NCBI GenBank assembly: GCA_963801355.1
Contig: CAWDEM010000004.1
Location: 544,001-608,000 of the forward strand
DNA length: 64,000 nt
DNA from: Ignavibacteriota bacterium
GTDB lineage: Bacteria > Bacteroidota > Ignavibacteria > UBA10030 > UBA6906
Reading direction: 5' to 3'
The position numbers and the translations under genes are program-made. The notes under the pieces are model-generated. The model did not search any database, was not told where the DNA came from, and saw nothing but the letters and a program-made list of their open reading frames with translations. Shown piece after piece: positions 30,712 through 40,142 of this stretch; positions within the stretch are counted from its first letter, which is position 1, and each line of letters begins with the position of its first letter.

Positions 30712-31968
30712 ATGGAACTCGAGAAATATTCGATAGGTATCGGCGACAGGTTCGGCCGTGAAGGCGCAGCGCAGCTGCGGGCATTGCAGCAGGCGCAGGG
30801 TGCAGGCGTTTCCGTGGTGCCGGTCTGGAACAAATCCAACCGCGAGCATACGATCATCGGCACAGTTCCCGAAGACACGCGCCGCGAAGCGGACGAGGCC
30901 GTCCGGTCATGCTCATGGAAGTCATCCTATTACGTCGATGCCGACCACATCGGACTTGGTACGGTCGATCGATTCATAACTGCCAGCGATTTCTTCACCA
31001 TCGACGTCGCCGACGCCATCGGCAGATCCGCTCCATCGGACGCCCTCGAATCGTTCGTAGCGGCGATGGGGCAATTTCGAGGAAAGCTGCAGATACCGTC
31101 GCTGCCAGCACCGTTTGTCGTCACCAGGGAGATGATCGAAGCTATTGCACGGAAGTATCTCCACGCGGTGAAAGAGGCGGGGGCAGTCTACCGGCATGTC
31201 GCAGGGCGGAAGGGGGCCGGACAATTTGTTCCGGAGGTGTCGTTCGACGAAGCCGGTGAACCGCAAACACCGGTCGAACTGTTCTTCATACTTGCCGCCA
31301 TTGCACGCGAAGGTATTCCCATTCAGACGATTGCGCCGAAATTCACGGGCGCTTTCCTCAAGGGAATCGACTATGTCGGCGAGGTGAGTCACTTTGAACG
31401 GGAGTTTAATGATGATCTTGCGGTCATTGCGCACGCCATTGCGACATTCCGGCTCCCCGGAAATCTAAAGCTCAGCGTGCACTCGGGGAGCGACAAGTTT
31501 GCCCTCTATCCGGTGATTCATCGCGCGCTGCAGAAAACACATGCGGGTCTCCACCTCAAAACCGCAGGGACGACATGGCTCGAAGAAGTGATCGGTCTCG
31601 CGGCTGCAGGGGGTGAAGGCCTGAAGGCTGCACAAGAGATTTACGCGGCTTCCTTTGCACGATATGATGAGTTGTGCGGACCGTACCTTTCGGTGATTGC
31701 CATTGACCGCGCGAAGCTTCCATCGCCCGCGGCGGTGCAGAGCTGGAGCAGCACGGACTATGTGCAAGCGCTGCAACATGATCAGACGTGCAAGGAGTTC
31801 AATATCCATTTCCGGCAGCTGGTGCACGTCGGGTACAAGGTCGCGGCGGAAATGGGAGAGAGGTTCCAGAAATTGTTGGGCGAATGCCGCGCGAGCATAG
31901 AAACTAATGTGACCAAAAACATTTTCGAACGGCATCTCCGTCCGTTATTCCTCGGATTGTCTGCATAG
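30712..31968 (+). CDS. uxaE: Tagaturonate/fructuronate epimerase
   Basis: SIGIGDRFG, DADH, EVSFDE, KLSVHSGSDKF, HLKTAGTTWLE; pectin context. Confidence 0.9.
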   Translation: MELEKYSIGIGDRFGREGAAQLRALQQAQGAGVSVVPVWNKSNREHTIIGTVPEDTRREADEAVRSCSWKSSYYVDADHIGLGTVDRFITASDFFTIDVADAIGRSAPSDALESFVAAMGQFRGKLQIPSLPAPFVVTREMIEAIARKYLHAVKEAGAVYRHVAGRKGAGQFVPEVSFDEAGEPQTPVELFFILAAIAREGIPIQTIAPKFTGAFLKGIDYVGEVSHFEREFNDDLAVIAHAIATFRLPGNLKLSVHSGSDKFALYPVIHRALQKTHAGLHLKTAGTTWLEEVIGLAAAGGEGLKAAQEIYAASFARYDELCGPYLSVIAIDRAKLPSPAAVQSWSSTDYVQALQHDQTCKEFNIHFRQLVHVGYKVAAEMGERFQKLLGECRASIETNVTKNIFERHLRPLFLGLSA

Positions 31969-32003
31969 CGAGCGGTGTCGTCGGCATAGCAAAGGAGAAG
32001 AGT

Positions 32004-33086
32004 ATGAGTACCGGTCTGGCAATACCTCCGGTGGGCGGGTTTGACCTGGTTTCCCTCGGCGCTCTGGTTCACCGTCTTGATCCGGGCATCATTCCGTTCC
32101 GGAAGGCGACGGAATGCCATATCCATGTGAGCGGCGGGGAGTTCAACGTTGCCGCGAACCTTGCGGACTGCTTCAGGATGAAAACGGGAATCGCAACGGC
32201 GATGGTGGACTATCCCATCGGCGAGCTCATTGCCGAGCGTGTGCGGGCTATGGGAGTCACGCCGTTCTACAAGAAGTTCAAGCATAACGGTGTGAACGGA
32301 CCCAACATGGCGACGGTGTACAGTGACCGGGGACAGGGCGTGCGTGCGCCGGTCGTGTTTTACAACCGCAGCAACGAGGCGGGGGCACAACTCCAGCCGG
32401 GCGATTTCGATTGGAAGGCCATCTTCTCTGGGGGCCTCCGCTGGTTCCACAGCGGAGGAATCTTTGCGTCCCTCTCCGCGACAACGGGCGAGTTGATCAT
32501 CGAAGGCATGAAAGCCGCTAAAACAGCCGGCGCAATCACCAGTTTTGACCTGAATTTCCGGGAGAAGCTCTGGAACATCTGGGGCGGACAGCAGAAAGCT
32601 GTGGATGTTGTGAAACGGATCGTCGAGCATGTGGATGTGCTGATAGGGAATGAGGAGGATCTGCAAAAAGGGCTGGGTGTTCCCGGTCCGGAAGTGCAAG
32701 CCAAGTCCAAACTCGATCCGACCACGTTCTTCGGCATGATAGACAACGTTGTGGCAAAGCATCCCAACGTCAAAGCAGTTGCCACTACGCTGCGCGAAGT
32801 ACACTCCACAAATCATCACAGCTGGGGCGCTGTTGCCTGGGTGGGCGGAAAGACCTACACGTCACCGACTGCGGATCTGACTGTGCTGGATCGCGTCGGC
32901 GGCGGCGACGGATTCGCCAGCGGATTCATCTACGGGCTGCTGAGCGGCGAAACACCGGACGAGGCCGTGAAGCTCGGCTGGGCACACGGGGCGCTGTTGA
33001 CGACGTTCCCCGGCGATACCACCATGGCGACGGTGGAACAGGTGAAGGCGTTCGCAAAAGGAGGTTCTGCGAGAATACAGCGATAA
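32004..33086 (+). CDS. kdgK: 2-keto-3-deoxygluconate kinase (PfkB family)
   Basis: GGEFNVA, DLNFREKLW, NEED, DRVGGGDGFASG; follows uxaE. Confidence 0.88.
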   Translation: MSTGLAIPPVGGFDLVSLGALVHRLDPGIIPFRKATECHIHVSGGEFNVAANLADCFRMKTGIATAMVDYPIGELIAERVRAMGVTPFYKKFKHNGVNGPNMATVYSDRGQGVRAPVVFYNRSNEAGAQLQPGDFDWKAIFSGGLRWFHSGGIFASLSATTGELIIEGMKAAKTAGAITSFDLNFREKLWNIWGGQQKAVDVVKRIVEHVDVLIGNEEDLQKGLGVPGPEVQAKSKLDPTTFFGMIDNVVAKHPNVKAVATTLREVHSTNHHSWGAVAWVGGKTYTSPTADLTVLDRVGGGDGFASGFIYGLLSGETPDEAVKLGWAHGALLTTFPGDTTMATVEQVKAFAKGGSARIQR

Positions 33087-33099
33087 CCAAAGAGTCTGT

Positions 33100-33453
33100 T
33101 TACGGGGCTTTAGGATCCCTCACGAAGTGCGGCAGGTTTTCGGGGAGTGGGATCGATATCTCCACCAGGCCCCGGTATACACCCTCCTCGTACCACGGCG
33201 ACTGAAAGATCAGTTTCTTCCTCCCCTCCTTCTCAATCGTGTAGCAATTAGAGGTCCCGGTGCTCAGCAGGTGCTCGAGCACCGTTCGGGCCGGCTCGGG
33301 ATGACAGTCGAGCACATTTGTGCCGATGAGCGCCGCTCCGCCATCGTCCGCGAACGACGCACATGCGCGATCGTTCATCTCCGTAATAACCCCCTTGGTG
33401 TCGCACACGGTGATGGATGTAGGCAACTCGCGGACCCATTGGTGCTGCTGCAT
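33100..33453 (-). CDS. Stand-alone PAS-domain protein (~117 aa)
   Basis: GGAGG RBS; ITVCDTKGVITEMN...LIGTNVLDCHP...YTIEKEGRKKLIFQSPW. Confidence 0.8.
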   Translation of the reverse strand: MQQHQWVRELPTSITVCDTKGVITEMNDRACASFADDGGAALIGTNVLDCHPEPARTVLEHLLSTGTSNCYTIEKEGRKKLIFQSPWYEEGVYRGLVEISIPLPENLPHFVRDPKAP

Positions 33454-33487
33454 GATGCCTCCACACAATAACGAATCGTGTATGTAA

Positions 33488-34975
33488 TTACGGTGTCGGC
33501 AACCAGGCTGTCCGGTTGCTCTCGTTGCCAAGACGGTCAACGGCGGAGAGTTCGATCCTGCGCAGCTGCTCGAGGGGGAGTGAACACTCCCGATCACCGC
33601 GGTTGAAGATCATGTGCTTCCACGTGTCGCCGTACTGAAGATATGCGACCCATCGGAACACATCGGCTGGCTTCTCGTGCGTCCAGGAGAGGTGCAGCAT
33701 GGTGGAGTCGACGCGCGCCTTGAGCCGGGGCGGGCCGGGTGCCAGTGCGCCAAGCCAGGGAGACGCCGGCACGAGTGCCGGTGTGCGGTATGGCAGTCCT
33801 TTCAGTCCTGCCGGAAGCAGGCTGCTATCCTGCAAGAAGGTCCTCATGCTGAAATGAATGTGCCCCGGACTCTCCGGCAGGACGCCGCGTTCAACCATGA
33901 TCTCATTGACGAGTTCGTCCAACCCCTTTTCGGAATTGAGACGGCTGGTAAACAACCCCGGCCACAGGTGGCGTTGCCGCACGTTCTCTTTCGCCCACCA
34001 TCCAAGCAGGACGGGAAAGCTCTGAGGGATCTGGTTGATCGGCCAGTACAATTGGGGCGACCAGTAATCGACCCAACCCTCATTCAGCCAGAGTCGGGCG
34101 TCCGCGTACAATCGGTCGTATTGATCGAATCCGCCGATGGAGCGGGGGAAACCCGGGCGCCAGATGCCGAACGGGCTCAAACCGAATTTGACGTACTTCT
34201 TTTCCTCCTTGATGGCATCGTACAGGCGCTTGATGAACGTGTTGACGTTTGACCGCCGCCAGTCGTTTCGGGACATCGTGCCCCCGGCACGCGTGTATGC
34301 GTGCCAGGTGGTGTCGTCCGGGAACGACCCGTCTCCGTACGGGTAGAAATAGTCATCGAAGTGAATGCCGTCGATGTCATAGCGACGAACAACATCCATG
34401 ACCACGGCAAACGAGTGGTCTTGTACCCGCGGATCTCCCGGGTCCAGCCACCAGGAACTATCGGGAAGGAACCGGACGAAATCCGGGCGGCGGCGCACGA
34501 TACAGGATTCCGTGATGGCTCCGCCGCGTGGGAGATGGGCGCGGTAGGGATTGAACCATGCGTGAAGCTCCATGCCCCGGCCGTGGGCTTCTTCAATCCA
34601 GAACGACAACGGGTCGTAGAACGGTGCGGGTGGTTTCCCCTCTTCACCTGTCAGGTATGATGACCACGGTTCGAGCGGGCTGGCGTAGAGGGCATCACAA
34701 TGAGGGCGCACTTGAAGCACTACAGCATTCAAGCCGATTGACGCCGCCGAATCGAGGATGCGCCGGGCCTCCTGTTGTTGCTCCCCGGATGCGAGGCCGG
34801 GGCGGCTGGGCCAATCGATGTTGACCACCGTGGCAACCCATACTGCGCGGAATTCGCGGTCAATCGCGGGCGGGCCCGGGAGCCCGGCGGGATGCTGGAT
34901 GGCGGGCTGCGTGCTGCACCCTGCACAGATGAGCGCAAGGACCGTGAACACAAGGAACGCAGTTGCTGTTCGCAT
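33488..34975 (-). CDS. GHL10 (YddW/DigH-like) glycoside-hydrolase lipoprotein
   Basis: Lipobox LICAG-C; EFRAVWVATV.NIDWPS; HAWFNPYR; DGIHFDDYFYPY; SPQLYW. Confidence 0.9.
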   Translation of the reverse strand: MRTATAFLVFTVLALICAGCSTQPAIQHPAGLPGPPAIDREFRAVWVATVVNIDWPSRPGLASGEQQQEARRILDSAASIGLNAVVLQVRPHCDALYASPLEPWSSYLTGEEGKPPAPFYDPLSFWIEEAHGRGMELHAWFNPYRAHLPRGGAITESCIVRRRPDFVRFLPDSSWWLDPGDPRVQDHSFAVVMDVVRRYDIDGIHFDDYFYPYGDGSFPDDTTWHAYTRAGGTMSRNDWRRSNVNTFIKRLYDAIKEEKKYVKFGLSPFGIWRPGFPRSIGGFDQYDRLYADARLWLNEGWVDYWSPQLYWPINQIPQSFPVLLGWWAKENVRQRHLWPGLFTSRLNSEKGLDELVNEIMVERGVLPESPGHIHFSMRTFLQDSSLLPAGLKGLPYRTPALVPASPWLGALAPGPPRLKARVDSTMLHLSWTHEKPADVFRWVAYLQYGDTWKHMIFNRGDRECSLPLEQLRRIELSAVDRLGNESNRTAWLPTP

Positions 34976-35053
34976 GAGATTCCAGGGTCGTGAATACAGT
35001 TCGGTGGACGTGAGCACACATAATACGTTCCGATCGGCACATAATCAATGTGA

Positions 35054-35082
35054 TTGCTTCCGCCTGCCACTCTCGGTATATT
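35054..35082 (+). promoter_or_regulatory. Putative sigma70 promoter TTGCTT-17-TATATT
   Basis: 35054-35059 and 35077-35082, just before the AAGGA RBS and ATG 35104. Confidence 0.45.
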
Positions 35083-35103
35083 TGACAATCACAAAGGAAC
35101 GTT

Positions 35104-36243
35104 ATGGTCCGCCGTACATATGGGCTTCTCCTGCTCGCATACACGGTCATCACCGCCGGAGAGGTATGGGGATGGGGGGGAACCGGCCACAGATTCATTA
35201 ATCAGAATTCCGTCCGACATCTGCCTGTGGGAATGTCGCAGCTTGCCGCACAAGAAGGGTTCCTGACAAGCCATGCCAGCGATGCAGACACCAGGAAGTA
35301 CGCCGATCCTACTGAAGAGCCAAAGCACTATATTGACCTGGAGTCATTTGCGGATTTCCGGAACTTGCCGCCGGATTTGTCGGTGGTGGTCGCACAGTAC
35401 GGCTGGCCGGCCCTCCAATCGTACGGCATCCTTCCCTGGACTATCGTTGCCACTGTTGATTCATTGACCGCACAATTCCGCCGCGCAGACTGGAACAACG
35501 CCTGTCAATCGGCCGCGGATCTGGGCCACTATGTCGGTGACGCATATCAACCCCTCCACTGTACGGTGAATTACAACGGGCAGCTCACCGGGAACGGCGG
35601 CATCCATTCGCGGTACGAGTCCTCAATGCTCGGGCAGTACATTTCCTCCCTTTCCATCCATCCCGACACCGTACGGTACGTGGGTGATGTCTATGCGTTC
35701 GCCCTCGGCATGACGCTGCACTCGAACGGGTATGTCGACTCGATTCTCCAGGCGGACAATGCCGCCCGTGCGGCCTCGGGGTGGAACGGGAGCGGCACGG
35801 CTCCTCAATCATACTATACGGCCATGTGGGACAGGACCGGACGATTGACGCAGGAACTCTTGCAGGATGCCACCCGGGATATCGCATCACTCTGGTACAC
35901 AGCCTGGGTCAATGCGGGCGTTGCGGCGCTCGCGGTGGCGGAGGAAACTTTGGGTGCGGCGTCATTGTTTTCTCTCGAACAGAACTACCCGAATCCGTTC
36001 AATCCGAGCACGACCATAGGCTTCAGGCAACAGGCACCAGGCAATGGGTGGGTGAAGCTTGCCGTGTACGATCTGCTCGGACGAGAGGTGGCACTGCTGG
36101 TCAACGAGCCGAAGGATCCCGGCAATTACGCCGTGCGGTTTACTGCAGCCGGCCTCACCAGCGGCGTCTATTACTATAGAATACAGATCAGCGGGAACGG
36201 GCAAACACACAGTGAAGTGAAAAAGATGACGGTGGTGCGATGA
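35104..36243 (+). CDS. Secreted S1/P1-nuclease (zinc phospholipase C fold) protein with T9SS-type CTD
   Basis: Mature N-terminus WGGTGH; HYIDLE; LGHYVGDAYQPLH; GIHSRYES; NYPNPFNP. Confidence 0.85.
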   Translation: MVRRTYGLLLLAYTVITAGEVWGWGGTGHRFINQNSVRHLPVGMSQLAAQEGFLTSHASDADTRKYADPTEEPKHYIDLESFADFRNLPPDLSVVVAQYGWPALQSYGILPWTIVATVDSLTAQFRRADWNNACQSAADLGHYVGDAYQPLHCTVNYNGQLTGNGGIHSRYESSMLGQYISSLSIHPDTVRYVGDVYAFALGMTLHSNGYVDSILQADNAARAASGWNGSGTAPQSYYTAMWDRTGRLTQELLQDATRDIASLWYTAWVNAGVAALAVAEETLGAASLFSLEQNYPNPFNPSTTIGFRQQAPGNGWVKLAVYDLLGREVALLVNEPKDPGNYAVRFTAAGLTSGVYYYRIQISGNGQTHSEVKKMTVVR

Positions 36244-36294
36244 GGCAGGCGTGAATCGTCGCATCCCGGTTGATCGTCACAGGGGGTACTCCAG

Positions 36295-36948
36295 ATGTTC
36301 ATCGGGCACTATGCAGTTGCGCTGGCCGCAAAGAAGGTAGCGCCGCACACATCCCTCGGCACACTGTTCATCGCAGCGCAGTTCATTGATCTGCTCTGGC
36401 CGCTTCTCGTGCTTGTGGGAATAGAGCACGTCCGGATTGAGCCGGGCGCGACCGCAGTGACTCCACTGGACTTCTACGACTATCCCTTCTCGCACAGCTT
36501 CCTCGGGGTGGTATTCTGGGCCGTGCTTTTCGGTCTTGTCTATTTTGGATTCCGGCGCAACGGTCGTGCAAGCATAGTGCTCGCGCTCTGCGTGGCCAGT
36601 CATTGGTTTCTTGATCTTTTGACCCACCGCCCGGATCTCCCCCTGGCCCCGGGGGGTGAGACCCGCTGGGGTTTGGGACTGTGGAATTCGCTTGCCGGCA
36701 CATTGATTGTCGAAACCGCACTTTTCGCCGCGGGCGTGTTTATGTATCTGCGGACGACCAGGCCGAAGGACCGTGTGGGAACAATCGGTTTCTGGGCGCT
36801 GGCAGGTATTCTCCTCGCCATTTACCTGGCAAATCTCTTTGGCCCTCCTCCTCCGGATGTGTCCACGATTGCCTACGCCGGCAACCTGAGCTGGCTGTTT
36901 GTTCTCTGGGCATACTGGGTCGATCGTCATCGTGTAACACAACCCTGA
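36295..36948 (+). CDS. Membrane protein, metal-dependent hydrolase-like
   Basis: MFIGH, DLLWP, SHS and SHWFLD.LTH motifs; several TM segments. Confidence 0.8.
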   Translation: MFIGHYAVALAAKKVAPHTSLGTLFIAAQFIDLLWPLLVLVGIEHVRIEPGATAVTPLDFYDYPFSHSFLGVVFWAVLFGLVYFGFRRNGRASIVLALCVASHWFLDLLTHRPDLPLAPGGETRWGLGLWNSLAGTLIVETALFAAGVFMYLRTTRPKDRVGTIGFWALAGILLAIYLANLFGPPPPDVSTIAYAGNLSWLFVLWAYWVDRHRVTQP

Positions 36949-37012
36949 GGACGTCCGGATGCGGTGATCACATGTCCTCTCAATGATACCCTCAAACATG
37001 AAAGGTGGAGCA

Positions 37013-37570
37013 ATGAAATACCGGTGGTCAATAGGAATTGCGCTTATAGCACTGCTGATGTCGTACGGTGGCTGCAAGAAAGATGTGCCGGGGAGTACAC
37101 TGCTGGGTCAGGCGAAGGGACAGGTTCCGGGTCTGACCTGGAGCGTGCCGAAAGCCTGGACCGTCGGACCACCGAGGGAAATGCGAGCCGCCACTTACAC
37201 GGTCGATCCGAAATCCGGGGATATGGAAGGAGGGGAGTGCGCGGTGTTCCATTTTGGTCCGGGTGTGGGGGGGGATGTCGAGTCGAACATATCCCGCTGG
37301 GCCGGCCAATTTGAGCACCCCGATGGTCCCAGGAGTGAGCCGGTGGAGATCAACGGGATGAACGTCACCGTGGTGCGCATCGCCGGAACCTATCTCGCCC
37401 CGAGCGGGCCGATGATGGCGTCGTCGGCGAAGAAAGAGAACTTCCGGCTGCTCGGTGCGATTGTTGAAGGCACTCAGGGGTCCGTATTCTTTAAACTTAC
37501 CGGTCCGGCCAAGACCATCGAAGCCGCATCGGCCGAATTTGATGCGATGATACACTCGCTGTCAAAGTAG
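37013..37570 (+). CDS. Hypothetical lipoprotein
   Basis: GGAG RBS; signal ending SYGG-C; GGDVESNISRWAGQF...FFKLTGP. Confidence 0.8.
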   Translation: MKYRWSIGIALIALLMSYGGCKKDVPGSTLLGQAKGQVPGLTWSVPKAWTVGPPREMRAATYTVDPKSGDMEGGECAVFHFGPGVGGDVESNISRWAGQFEHPDGPRSEPVEINGMNVTVVRIAGTYLAPSGPMMASSAKKENFRLLGAIVEGTQGSVFFKLTGPAKTIEAASAEFDAMIHSLSK

Positions 37571-37611
37571 TGCCGGCGTGCTCCGCACGCGCGCATGACG
37601 TATGATCTCCT

Positions 37612-39123
37612 ATGCCCATTCTCGCAGCCATTGATGTCGGTTCGAACGCGATGCGTCTCGTCGTCGCATCCGTAGATGCCGACCGCACGCTGACGCTTCT
37701 GGAAGTGATTCGTGAACCTGTCCGCCTTGGTGACGCCGTCTTTACCACAGGCTTGATCGGGGAAGAGACTATTGACATGGCGGTCGGGGCATTTGAACGA
37801 TTCCGTTCCGCCCTGGACCGGCATGGAGTACGGTGGACCCGCGCGGTAGCCACGAGTGCGATGCGGGAGGCAATGAACCGGGACATACTTGTGGACCGTA
37901 TTTCCCAGGCCTCCGGCATCGATGTGGAGATTATCGGCACGGAAGAGGAGGCCCGCCTCATTTATCTCGCAGTCAGTGCCGGGGTGTCCCTCAAGAACCG
38001 GGTTGCGCTGCTGGTCGACATCGGCGGGGGGAGCACGGAGGTGACGCTTGCGACGGAGGAAGGCATTCTCTCCACAACAAGTTTCACGATGGGGTCTGTG
38101 CGGTTGTTGCGGACGCTGGGGGACTACCGGACCGATGAGCGTCGCACCCATCAGCTGATCCGTGAATATGTGGATGCCGCACAACAGCGGATCCGACGTG
38201 AAATCGGTGCCCGGCGCATTGACCTCTGTGTCGGCACGGGCGGCAACGTCGAGGTGCTGGGAGATCTCCGGAAGGAGATGCTGGGGAAAGACCGGGATAC
38301 CGACCTGAGTCTGGCAGACCTTGATCGCATGCTGAAGCGTCTGGTTGCCCTCACATACGCCGAGCGGGTGCAGGAGCTGCAATTACGTCCCGATCGTGCG
38401 GATGTCATTGTACCGGCGGCGATCATCCTTCGAAAGTTCCTTCAGGTGGCGGGGGTTCACGAGGTCGAAATCCCGCGCGTGGGATTGAAGGATGGGCTGC
38501 TGCTGGACATGGTTGAGGAGTTCTACGGCGAACGGCGGTCGTTGCGCCGGGAACAGGTGATTGCGTCGGCCATGCAGCTGGGTCGAAAATACCAGTTTGA
38601 CGAGCAACACGCCGTCACGGTGGCACAGCATGCAGTGCAGCTTTTTGACGCCACACGCGATCTGCATAACCTGGGAAGAGAACATCGCATCCTTCTCGAG
38701 CTGGCGGCGCTTTTGCATGACATCGGCACATTCATCTCCGCGTCCGATCATCACAAGCACACGCAGTATCTTCTCCAGACAACCCCGATCGTCGGATTGT
38801 CCGGGGCGCAGATGGCGATTGTGGGCAATGTCGCCCGGTATCATCGCAGGTCACAGCCCAAACCCCAGCATGAGCTCTATCAGGCGCTCTCGCCGAAAGA
38901 ACGCGTGGTCGTATCAAAGCTCGCTTCACTCCTGCGTCTTGCCGACGCGATGGACACCGAGCATGCAGCGAAGGTCCGGGGATTCGCTATAGAGTACAAG
39001 AAACCCAAGTTCACTCTCCGGCTGGATGGCGACGGCGATTTGCTGCTGGAGAAGTGGGCGCTCTCAAAAAAAGCGCAGATGTTTGAAGAGGTGTTCAATG
39101 TCCGCTTCGCGGTCGCGGGGTAA
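37612..39123 (+). CDS. ppx: Ppx/GppA exopolyphosphatase with C-terminal HD domain
   Basis: AIDVGSNAMR, ATSAMREA, DIGGGSTE, RADVIVPA, ALLHDIG. Confidence 0.93.
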   Translation: MPILAAIDVGSNAMRLVVASVDADRTLTLLEVIREPVRLGDAVFTTGLIGEETIDMAVGAFERFRSALDRHGVRWTRAVATSAMREAMNRDILVDRISQASGIDVEIIGTEEEARLIYLAVSAGVSLKNRVALLVDIGGGSTEVTLATEEGILSTTSFTMGSVRLLRTLGDYRTDERRTHQLIREYVDAAQQRIRREIGARRIDLCVGTGGNVEVLGDLRKEMLGKDRDTDLSLADLDRMLKRLVALTYAERVQELQLRPDRADVIVPAAIILRKFLQVAGVHEVEIPRVGLKDGLLLDMVEEFYGERRSLRREQVIASAMQLGRKYQFDEQHAVTVAQHAVQLFDATRDLHNLGREHRILLELAALLHDIGTFISASDHHKHTQYLLQTTPIVGLSGAQMAIVGNVARYHRRSQPKPQHELYQALSPKERVVVSKLASLLRLADAMDTEHAAKVRGFAIEYKKPKFTLRLDGDGDLLLEKWALSKKAQMFEEVFNVRFAVAG

Positions 39124-39973
39124 ACCGGCGCCGGCAGATCCGTGCGCCATGCTCATCGGAGCGCTGGAGCTCCGGCAACGGAATTTTACCCGGCAGCTTG
39201 CGCGGGTCCGGAGACGTCCCAGCGAGCCGGGAGTACATGATCTGCGTGTGGCGACACGCCGGCTGATTGCCGTGATCGATCTGATGGCGGAAATTGTAGA
39301 GACCCCTCTTCTGCTGAAGAAGCGGAAGGCGCTTCGAAGTCTTCTCAAAGGATTGAATGCACTGCGTGATGCGCATATTCGCCGCATCGCACTCAGAAAG
39401 CTGTGCGCGGAGTTTCCATCGGCAGGCCTGGTCCAGCGGGGCATTCTGGTGCAGGAACGGGACCTGTTGCGTGCCGTGGCAAGAAACCTCCGGCTGTTCG
39501 ATGTGCGCGGGTTGCATGGGGCCATCACAGAGGCCGAGGAGCTATTCCTGACCGTTGGACTCAATTCTGCGCTTGCTTCTGCACACCGGTCAGTCCTCAT
39601 CGGTGCCCTGGCGTCCGCATATGCCCGGGTCGTTGGAAGACTCCAGACCCTCCAGGGAACGGATCCCTCGACGGTCCACCGTCTGCGTGTGGCGTTCAAG
39701 CAGTACCGCTATGCGCTGGAGATCCTCGCACCGCTTCTTCCCTGGATGAACGCCGCGACTCGTTCACGGCTCGATGCCTATCAGACTGCGATGGGAAAAA
39801 TCCAGGACAACGTGGTGGTGCTGCGTGGGATGTCCGCCTATGAATCCAGGCGCCCCGTCACGGGCCGGATGGCCCTTATCGGGGTGCGCCAACATCTGCT
39901 CCGCCGCACGGAAGAGCTGATGAAGGAGTTTCTTGCAAACGCCGGCGGTGTGTACCGGTTCTGGAAGGACTGA
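39098..39973 (+). CDS. CHAD-domain (polyphosphate-binding) protein
   Basis: VHDLRVATRRL and VHRLRVAFKQYRYALE, LRD, MGKIQD; overlaps the ppx end. Confidence 0.85.
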   Translation: MSASRSRGKPAPADPCAMLIGALELRQRNFTRQLARVRRRPSEPGVHDLRVATRRLIAVIDLMAEIVETPLLLKKRKALRSLLKGLNALRDAHIRRIALRKLCAEFPSAGLVQRGILVQERDLLRAVARNLRLFDVRGLHGAITEAEELFLTVGLNSALASAHRSVLIGALASAYARVVGRLQTLQGTDPSTVHRLRVAFKQYRYALEILAPLLPWMNAATRSRLDAYQTAMGKIQDNVVVLRGMSAYESRRPVTGRMALIGVRQHLLRRTEELMKEFLANAGGVYRFWKD

Positions 39974-40142
39974 TCGCCCCTCATTCTCTTTCCCTTCTTT
40001 TCCCTGGCTTCCGGGTAAGCCATACCCCGCCGTGCTGTGTCCAACATGGAAGAGGAAATCGCGCACCTTTCAATTTTGCCCCGTTTTTTGTACAATTCAT
40101 GTTCACATTGACACGACGTTCCACGAACGAGCTGGAGGTTCC

